Source: Chrysomallon squamiferum | Lineage: Eukaryota > Animalia > Mollusca | Direction: 5' to 3' | Length of the DNA stretch: 64,000 bases | Assembly (NCBI GenBank): GCA_012295275.1 | Contig: CM022668.1 | Span: forward strand, 11,904,001 to 11,968,000 | Part shown: positions 55,404 through 64,000 of the stretch, piece by piece | Layout: every line of letters starts with the position of its first letter | How positions within the stretch are numbered: position 1 is the stretch's first letter | Position numbers and translations under genes: made by a program | Notes under the pieces: generated by a model | Databases searched by the model: none | The model's input: only the letters and a program-made list of their open reading frames with translations | What the model was told of the DNA's origin: nothing

Positions 55404-56710
55404 ATTGTACCTATGATGGTAGAAACAATAGCATAGATTCATTTTATTGAGGTACAAATGGTTCTTTCTTTCTTTCATTTTTTTTGTTTTTGTTTTTTGA
55501 TGATGTTAAGCAGTATCTGAAATAGTGGGTACAAATATATTTTATGTATTTCCAGCTGACTGTTCTGATTGTTCTTTATTAATAATAAAGCATGGAAAAA
55601 CAGTAATATGTTCATGAGGAATCGTGGATGTTGATTTTTTCTGTTTCATTTATATTATTTTTATGCAATTTAAAAAATAATAATAAAGAAAAATAAATAA
55701 TTAAATAATAATAATCAATAAAAAAAAAAAAAAAGGCCCACAAAAATTTTAATTCAAGAAAAAAGAATAAAAAACTGACTCATTGGGTAAAAAAATTACA
55801 AAGTTTTTATATGCTCTGTCGGTTATGAAGATTTTTTTATCTTTAAACGTATGTAACAATCTGATCATAAAAGGAAAACATCAGTCACCATGACTTGTTG
55901 AGTTCAGGATTTTATTATCTTACTGTGTTATTGGCAAAGAATTGTCACTTCAGCAGAATAAAACAAGCAGCTGGAAAGATATAAAAAGTTATTTGACCAT
56001 TTGTTAATGCAACTTCACATATAGGTCAGTAAGAAAATATATCACTTGAAGCTATGTGAAATGTAAAAAGTAATTTTTTTTTTAGCATTACTATGTGTAT
56101 ATTTTAACAAGAAAAAGGTATTAATAATAAAAAAAATTGGAAGTATTATATATTTAAACTACTTGTTTTTTATGAGAATTTATTAATTTTAATTTTTTTA
56201 AATTTATTATATATAATATATAATATATATAGTTAAAGAAAAATCATTTATAATTTTATCTTTTATTTTCAAACATACATAGTTATATTTAGTTATTTAT
56301 TATTATTGGTTTTAACACTTTTATTATTATTATTATTTTATTATTATTATTATTATTTATTAGTATTTAATATTATTTAATATTATTATTATTATTATTA
56401 ACAAATTAATAAATGTTTATTGTTACAAAACTTAAAAGGAAATTGTATTAAAGTACGTAAAAATATAATTAATCTCAATTCATCACATGAATTTTACTTC
56501 AATAAAAATGTTAAAATAAATAAATAAATAAATTAATAAATAAATAAACAAACAAATAAAAATTAGAACTCTATATCATTTAGACAAATTTTAAATAATG
56601 ACAGAATTACGTACGTGGAAATATAAGACAATTAACTTTATAATTTTTTTAATTTCATGGCAATAATTATTAGACCCAGATTTACTTTATATATAGAATA
56701 TCTTAAATTC

Positions 56711-56746
<36 letters not shown>

Positions 56747-56953
56747 TTTTAGGTCATCACCTTCTCCATCTCGGATTTACAGTAGTTCATCAACCCACAG
56801 CAAAATGTACAGACCCAAAACTGCTGCAGCTATTTTAACTAGAACAGAGTATGTTTCATTTTATTTACTTACTTATTTACTAAATTATTTATATATATAT
56901 TGTTTGTTTTTTGTTTAATTACTTACTTACTTATTTACTAACCTATTTATTTA

Positions 56954-56984
<31 letters not shown>

Positions 56985-57113
56985 TATTTGTTTTTTTTTG
57001 TTTAATTACTTACGTACTTATTTACTAACTTATTTATTTATTTATTTATATATTTATTTATTTATTTGTTTTTTTACATATATATAGCTAGATAGATATT
57101 TATAGATATATAT

Positions 57114-57144
<31 letters not shown>

Positions 57145-57240
57145 CATATATATATTTTTTTTTTTTATACTTACTTACTTATTTACTAGCTTATTTATTT
57201 ATTTGTTTATTTATTTACTTACATATATATATAGCTAGAT

Positions 57241-57283
<43 letters not shown>

Positions 57284-59153
57284 ATTATTTATTTACTTAT
57301 TAATTAATTATTTATGTAGTTATTTGTTTACTTACTTACTTACTAAATTTATTATTTATTTATTTGTTTATTTATTTACTTACATATATATAGATAGATT
57401 GACATATAAATATAGATATATATATTTATTTATTTACTTACTTATTAATTAATTAACTTATTTATGTACTTATTTGTTTGTTTACTTACTTACTTATTTA
57501 CTAAATTATTTATTTATTTGTTTTTTTATTTACTTACATATATGTTCAGATAGACATAAATATATATATATATATATATATGTTTATTTATTTACTTACT
57601 TATTTACTTATTATTTATTTATATATTTATCTGCTTATTGATTTATTTATTTATTTTTGGTTTGTTTGTTTGTTTACAGTTGTGAAAGAGTGTTACAGCT
57701 GGAACATGAACCAACACGTCGTCACAATTTTGAGACTCATTTAGAGAAGAAACGCAACAAACCTCCGCCATGGCAGAAAAAACTAGACGTAAGAACATCA
57801 CCAAACTGCCAAAACTTCACTAATAAACTGCCAAAACTATACTAATAAACTGCCAAAACTATACCAATAAACTGCCAAAATTATGTTACTTAATTGTCAA
57901 AATTATAGTACTGAATTTCCAAAATTGTATGAACAAATTGCCAAAATTGTATTACCAAACTGCCAAAATTATACTACCAAATTGCCAAAATTATATTACT
58001 AAATCGCCAAAATTATATTACTAAATCGCCAAAATTGTATTACTAAATCGCCAAAATTGTATTACCAAATTGCCAAAATTATACTACCAAAATTGCCAAA
58101 ATTATGTTACCAAATTGCCAAAATTATATTTACAAATAGCCAAAATTGTATTACCAAACTGCCAAAATTATATTACCGAATTGCCAAAATTGTATTACTA
58201 AATTGTCAAAATTATATTACCAAAATAGCATTATCAGATTGAGAAAAATTATATTACTGTCTTGTCAGAACTGTATTACCAAACTACCAAAATTATATTA
58301 CTAAATTGCCAATATTGTGTAACTAATTTGCAAAATTATATTAACACATCTGTCAGAATTGTCTTAATCTTCCAAAAAATCTGTAGCTAAAACGTTACTA
58401 GTAAATTACCAAATTGTCAAAGGCATGTCATCAAAATGGCATAAGTGTATGACTAGACTGCTACTTAAGTATTAACAAAAACTGCCAAAATTGTATTACC
58501 AGATTGCCAAAATTATATTACCGAATTGCCAAAATTATATTACCAAGCTGCCAAAATTGTATTAAGAAATTGGCAAAACTGTTACTTGTTGACTTCACAT
58601 GAACAGCTGGTAACATTATCTTTGATAATTCCATTTTTGTGAGTATACTGGTTAGAACAGGAAATAATGTGAATATAGCCTTTTTTTGTTAGTTCATTTA
58701 AAGATTATTTTTACAAATTTGTCAAAAAACTCAAATAGAAAGAAGAAAATCTAGCTTTCTCTATGTGTATATATGTATATATATAATTGCATATACCATA
58801 GCTTTTCAACCTGGGGGTTGCCAGCCTTTTTTCTGGGGGGTCGCGAGATTGTTCTTGAGCAAGGGTATGTTTTAACTTTTTTCAACTTGAATTGGAAGGA
58901 GGAATAAATAAAGACATGTAGATAGGTTTGGGACCCATCACAGTGAATATAGATTCCTTTTGTAGTGTCTTTGGTTGATGAAAATATGGTAATCCTAGAT
59001 ATTATTGAATCAAAATTTTTAAAGGGGGTCATCAGTCATATTGAGTTGCTTATATGGGGTCATGGTATGAAAAAGGTTGAAAACTAGTGATGTATACAGA
59101 TAGATAGATGTGTGTATAGATAGATAGATAGATAAATAGATAAATAGATAGAC

Positions 59154-59192
<39 letters not shown>

Positions 59193-59495
59193 CAGATATA
59201 GATATGTATTTATACATGTGTGCATACATACACACATATATACATAATAAAATTTATTTGTTTCAAGTTTAAATTTTAAAATATTTAAAATTTTTGGTTT
59301 TAGTCTCCTCTGGTGCCATTTGTTGTGGGTCCTGGTTACATTTTGTCCAGAAGCAAAAGTCGATGTCACATGACTCTCAAAGATAACTTCTTTGATTCTG
59401 CAGCTGAAGAAAAAACAAAGTAAATAACTCAGTATTTATTTATTTATTTATTTGTTTGTTTGTTTGTTTATTTATTTATTTATTTATTTGTTTGT

Positions 59496-59526
<31 letters not shown>

Positions 59527-61181
59527 TTTGTTTATTTATTTATTTATTTAAAAAAGATTTAAAGATTCAGATGAAAACAACTTTTTTCTGTCTAAACAAA
59601 AATATAGGTTTTGTTTAGATAGAATAAATTTAAAAAATCAAGATTGTATTAAAAGACAACAACAATAATAGAGGTTTATGTAGTGAAAAAATGTCCTTGA
59701 AGTTGTTTTCTTTTTTCATTATTTGTTTTTGTGAATTGTATTTGATTTGTTTTGTATGCAAAATCATTTTTTGTTTCAATTTTGTTTTATTGTATTTTAC
59801 ATTATTATTTAGTATGTGTCCTTTTTCTTTTCTTTTTATGGAGGAATATGTTATATTATATTATATTATATTATATTATATTATATTATATTATATTATA
59901 TTATTTATTTAATTATTTATTTATTTATATATTATTGTTGTTGTTGTTGTTGTAACTATTATCATCATTATCATCATCATCATCAATATTATTTATTTAT
60001 TTATTTTGAAGACCACTATTCTTGTCCATATCTGTAACAACAACAACAACAACAACAACAGTAATAACTAAAACTGGTATATTTTCTCTCAGACTGTTAT
60101 GTTTTGTTTTCTTTGCAGAAAGAAAGAGGCAGAATCTGAAAAGTAAGTTTTTAGTTTTAATTTTCTAAAATCAATAATTTTATTAAACTTCCATCATCTT
60201 AAATTTTTTGCTCGAAAACAACCAACACATCTCATAAGAACCATACTCAGATACATGGACAGGGAAATCATAAATTAATGAAATCAGAAATCTATGTTTA
60301 CTTACTTACAACTTTATTCTGTTAGTATTAGTAAAAAAATTTACTTACAGCAAATTAAAATTATATAAGAAAATACTGTCTAAATGATCAAGAAGCTGTT
60401 TGTGTATATATGTTTGTATATATATGTGTGATTGTGTGGTATTATTACTCCTATTGTTATTGTTATTACTATTATTGTTGTTTATTATTATTTTTATCAT
60501 CATCATCATCATCTTTATTTGTCTTTTTTTTTTATATTATTGTTGGTATTGTTGTTATTATTATTACTATTATTATTATTAATATATTATTTTTATTATT
60601 ATTACTATTATTATTATTACTTATTTTATTATTATTCCTATTGTTAGTTTTACTATTATTGTTATTATTAGTATTGTTATAACTGTTATAATTGTTGTTG
60701 TTGTTGTTGTTTACAGAGATATATTGATTAGACAGCTACAAGAGCAAATCTCAAACTTGAATCTATTTTTGGAAGAGGAAAGACTGAACCACAAACTCAC
60801 TAAGAAAAAGGTAAGAATATTCATAAGGTTTTCTGATCATGCTGAATGAATATTCATGAGCTTTTGGTAATATGCGAGCATTTATGAAATTTTGGTAACA
60901 TTTAATTGTTAAAAAGGTTTCAGTTAGATTTGAATATTTATTAGGTATCAGTAACATTTGAAATAGTTATTTTATTTACAATATTTTAATATTTGTTTTG
61001 TTATTTAATTTTTCTTATTTACAATATTATACTTGTTTTGTTATTATAATAATCTACACTTTACTATTTAACCTTATATTTATAATACTCTAATGCCATT
61101 TAATTGTATGTATTTATTAATTATTATTATTTTTTTTTATCATTGTAACCTTTATATGATTGATGTGGGCATTTTAATTGT

Positions 61182-61231
<50 letters not shown>

Positions 61232-61265
61232 TATGATTTTGAATTTTAATATTATTTATTATTAT

Positions 61266-61301
<36 letters not shown>

Positions 61302-61356
61302 TGCTGGAGATTATTTTAACTTTATATGATTAATTTTAATTTTGGGCATTTTAACA

Positions 61357-61395
<39 letters not shown>

Positions 61396-63907
61396 TTTAA
61401 TTATGATTTTAAATTTCAATATTTACTTTTATTTACAGACTGAAGAGTTTTTGTGTGACAAAACTAACGAGTTTGTAGAATATCACAACAATCAAATCAG
61501 GTGAGAAACCTTTGTCACATCCGTACATACATACATCTGTATAACCGTCTGTCATCTTCAATGTATATTCAGTTTATTCCTTTTTTTCTTTTTTTTATCA
61601 ATTTTCTCTTTTTTTTTTTTTTCATTCTTTCTTCTTTTTTTTTATTTCATTTTATTCTTCATTTCCGTCATACACTACATCTGAGATCTTTCCCATCATT
61701 TTATCTGTTTTGTGTTCCTTCAGTTATCCATTCCTCTGTCCACTTATTCATTTGTCTACATGTCCGTCCATCCTTCCTTCCATCCCTCCATTTGTCCATT
61801 TGTCTTTCCATAAATCTGTTCAAAATCTGCCATGGCTCCTTCCATAAACACCATTTGTCAGAAACACATATTAGTTTAATGCAGTTCTGTTTATTTGTTT
61901 GTTTGGTTTTATATTTATTTATTTATTTATTTACTTATTTATTTGTTTGTTTGTTTGTTTATTTTATTTTGTTTTTATTTGATTTTATTTTATTATATAT
62001 TTATTTATTTTTATTTATTTGATTTATTTATTATATATTTATTTATTATTATTTATTTTTATTTATTTTTATTTATTTGATTTTATTTTATTATATATAT
62101 AATTATTATCATTTATTTTGATTTATTTGATTTATTTATTATTTATTTATTTCTTTATTTGTTTATTTATTTTATTTTATTTTATTTTATTTTATTTATT
62201 GAGTTATTTATTTATTTATTTTATTTTACTTTATTTATTGAGTTATTTATTTACTTATTTATTTATTATTTATTTTTATTTATTTTATTTATTTACTTAT
62301 TTATTTATTTATTTACAGACAACTGGCTGAAGAACATGAGAAAAAATTACAAAAGCAGAAAGACGAGATGGAACAAGAGTTTGAACAGTACAAGATGAGC
62401 TCTGAGAGTCGCATACGTTAGTGTTCTTATCTTCTCTTTCTTTTCTTCTTTCTCTCTCTTCTTCTTTTCCTTTCTTTCCTTCTTCCTACCTTTTAATCTT
62501 TCTATTCCTTCTTTCTTTGTTCATTCTTTCATTTTTATTTATTTTCATCTGGCTTTTTCTTTTTTCCTTCGTTCCTTTTTTCTTTATTTTCATCTGTTTT
62601 TTTTTTTTTTTCCTTCATTCCTTTTTTCTTTATTTTCTTTTCTTTCTTCTTTCCTTCTTTTCTTTCTTTCATCCTTCCTTCCTACCTTCCATCTTTCTTA
62701 GCTTTATTTCTTTTGTTCGATGTGCTTTTTTCTCTTTTCCAGTTTCTTGTAAGTCACTTGCTTTCTCTGCCAATTAATAGCCACTAATAAATTTAAAAAA
62801 AGATTCTTTTTTTTATGGTGCCATTAAACAAACTCTTGTTTTTAATTCTCTTTAGAAAAACTAGTACAAGACATTGAGTTCCTGCAAGGCGCCTTCGACT
62901 CTTACAAGAGTTCACTGCAAGCGGAAATGGAAGAAAAATGGAAAGTGATGGAAAATGACTGGAAAACAAAGCACTCTGAAGAGAAGAAAACAGCAATGCA
63001 AGAACTTAGTATGTTTGTACTTAACGTCTTAGCATGTTTATACTTCATGTTTTAGTATCTTTATACTTCATTTTTTTAGTATGGTTATACTTTGTGTCTG
63101 AGTATGTTTATACTTTGTATCTTAGTATGTTTATACTTCATATCTTAGTATGTTTATACTTCACATCTTAGCATGTTTATACTTCGTGTCTTAGCATGTT
63201 TATACTTCATGTTTTAGTATCTTTATACTTCATTTTTTAGTATGGTTATACTTTGTGTCTTGAGTATGTTTATACTTTGTATCTTAGCATTTTATACTTC
63301 ATGTCTTAGTATCTTTATACTTCATTTTTTAGTATGGTTATACTTTGTGTTTGAGTATGTTTCTACTTCATGTCTTAGTATGTTTATACTTCATGTTTTA
63401 GTATGCTTATTATTCTTCATATCTTAGTATGTTTATACTTCATATTTTATGATTAATACTAATTTATTATTTCATACATATTTTGGTTCTAGGAAATAAA
63501 AAGATATATAGTTATATATATATATAAATAATTGCTGAAATTTCATAACATTATTTTGAAATCACATTTAAATTTATCATTCCAGTGTATCTGAAAAAAA
63601 ATATTTCAGACTTTTTCTTTATTAAAAATAATCATGTAAACGTATTTTGATGTAAGTATAACAGTACTTACCAGATAACTTCGTTTTGTAAGTATAACAG
63701 TACTTACCAGATAACTTCGTTTTGTAAGTATAACAGTACTTACCAGATAACTTCGTTTTGTAAGTATAACAGTACTTACCAGATAACTTCGTCTTGTTTT
63801 CAGGAATGAAGTTAGCCCAGGAGAGGAGCTCAGAAATTCTAAAGATAAGCAAGGAACAACACCAACATATTGATGCCCTACGCAAAGAACATAAAAAAGA
63901 AATCGAA
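44334..63907 (+). CDS. FLACC1: Flagellum-associated coiled-coil protein FLACC1/ALS2CR12-like, 3' truncated by the window end
   Basis: Phase-consistent exons: 44334-44482, 46679-46741, 56753-56848, 57680-57788, 59304-59419, 60119-60142, 60717-60810, 61439-61500, 62319-62416, 62856-63008, 63804-63907 (356 codons, open). VGPGYILSRSKSRCHMTLKDNFFD, LIRQLQEQISNL and IEFLQGAFDSYKSSLQAEMEEKW parallel human FLACC1 VSPGYQLVRN..VTLGDEMFD, IISDLEEQISEL and YKYLKNMFRTYQDSIYDEMEEKW (recalled). The first three exons are supported by splice signals and phase only. Confidence 0.8.
45391..46657. repeat. 40-bp minisatellite (about 21 copies) with a degenerate shorter-period tail
   Basis: Unit TGAAGGCCTCAGTACAGAGATACTGTGATTTAGGATTAGT is near-perfect over 45391-46250. 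Diverged units of about 30-35 bp continue to just before the acceptor at 46677-46678. Confidence 0.97.
48340..48930. repeat. Purine-rich (GA/AAG) low-complexity tract
   Basis: About 600 bp of almost only A and G on +. It is the source of the Phe/Ser/Leu-rich minus-strand ORFs. Confidence 0.85.
49433..49875. repeat. ~23-bp minisatellite
   Basis: Unit GTGTTAAACTCTTGTATACTTCT(T/A) repeated about 18-20 times. Confidence 0.93.
50020..50300. repeat. Tandem duplication of about 120 bp
   Basis: TAATGGTTGTGTTTTATTTGTT..TAATTATTTCTT.CATGGGT.CAGA.TGAC.TGATAATCT..AAGAAAATGTTACA.TCATTTGCT occurs twice, with further degenerate pieces to about 50495. Confidence 0.8.
50925..51580. repeat. Degenerate ~40-bp minisatellite
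   Basis: Recurring CTGGATAGAGTACAGACATATCTTGTGT core. Confidence 0.8.
52580..52940. repeat. (ATT/ACT/GTT)n compound trinucleotide tract
   Basis: Direct inspection; explains the poly-I and poly-L ORFs. Confidence 0.9.
54150..54450. repeat. (AAAT)n tract
   Basis: Direct inspection; opposite orientation to the (ATTT)n tracts at 56860-57660. Confidence 0.9.
57799..58585. repeat. 21-bp minisatellite starting about 10 nt after a donor site
   Basis: Unit ACCAAATTGCCAAAATT(A/G)TATT, more than 25 variably degenerate copies. Confidence 0.92.
58797..59089. mobile_element. Non-autonomous hAT (Charlie/MER5-like) DNA transposon remnant, about 293 bp
   Basis: Imperfect TIRs CATAGCTTTTCAACCT and AGGTTGAAAACTAGTG. 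Internal GGGGTC(G)C motifs are typical of this MITE class. The 8-bp flanks GCATATAC and ATGTATAC match at 5/8, consistent with a decayed TSD. Confidence 0.65.
63005..63445. repeat. ~23-bp minisatellite beginning at an exon donor
   Basis: Unit CTTAGTATGTTTATACTTCATGT, about 19 copies. The first copy is the real junction CTTA|GTATGT at 63008/63009. Confidence 0.92.
63652..63795. repeat. 36-bp tandem repeat, 4 copies, immediately upstream of an acceptor
   Basis: GTAAGTATAACAGTACTTACCAGATAACTTCGTTTT starting at 63652, 63688, 63724 and 63760. Confidence 0.97.
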
Positions 63908-64000
63908 GTAAGTCAAAAAAACAAAACATATCATTTGTATTTGCCGTAACCCTGTACTAGGCTGTTCATAAATGTTACATGATATGCTGGCAGTAATAGA

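Overview
Eukaryotic (animal) genomic DNA, very AT-rich and dense in microsatellites. Protein style and SINE-like fragments suggest a mollusc, which is an inference. Almost all listed ORFs are microsatellite artefacts. Manual splice reconstruction gives four intron-containing genes. (1) The 3' part of a Milton/TRAK gene (+, 339-4019), with an apparent -1 frame break in its last exon. (2) A complete, strongly diverged tandem TRAK-like paralog (+, 20555-31309, 12 coding exons, about 797 aa). It keeps the coiled-coil and Spindly motif but lacks the [13 protein letters not shown] segment and the CC1 box, and has gained a hydrophobic exon that could give a tail-anchored isoform. (3) Bax inhibitor-1/TMBIM6 (-, 34577-42724), with a 2-nt frame discrepancy at one donor. 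(4) The 5' part of a FLACC1/ALS2CR12-like gene (+, 44334 to the window end), head-to-head with TMBIM6. The TRAK-FLACC1 neighbourhood recalls human TRAK2-FLACC1. Several minisatellites sit on or copy splice junctions, and the paralog locus is CpG-rich with many TGACGTCA palindromes. All family assignments come from motifs recalled from memory; no database search was run.
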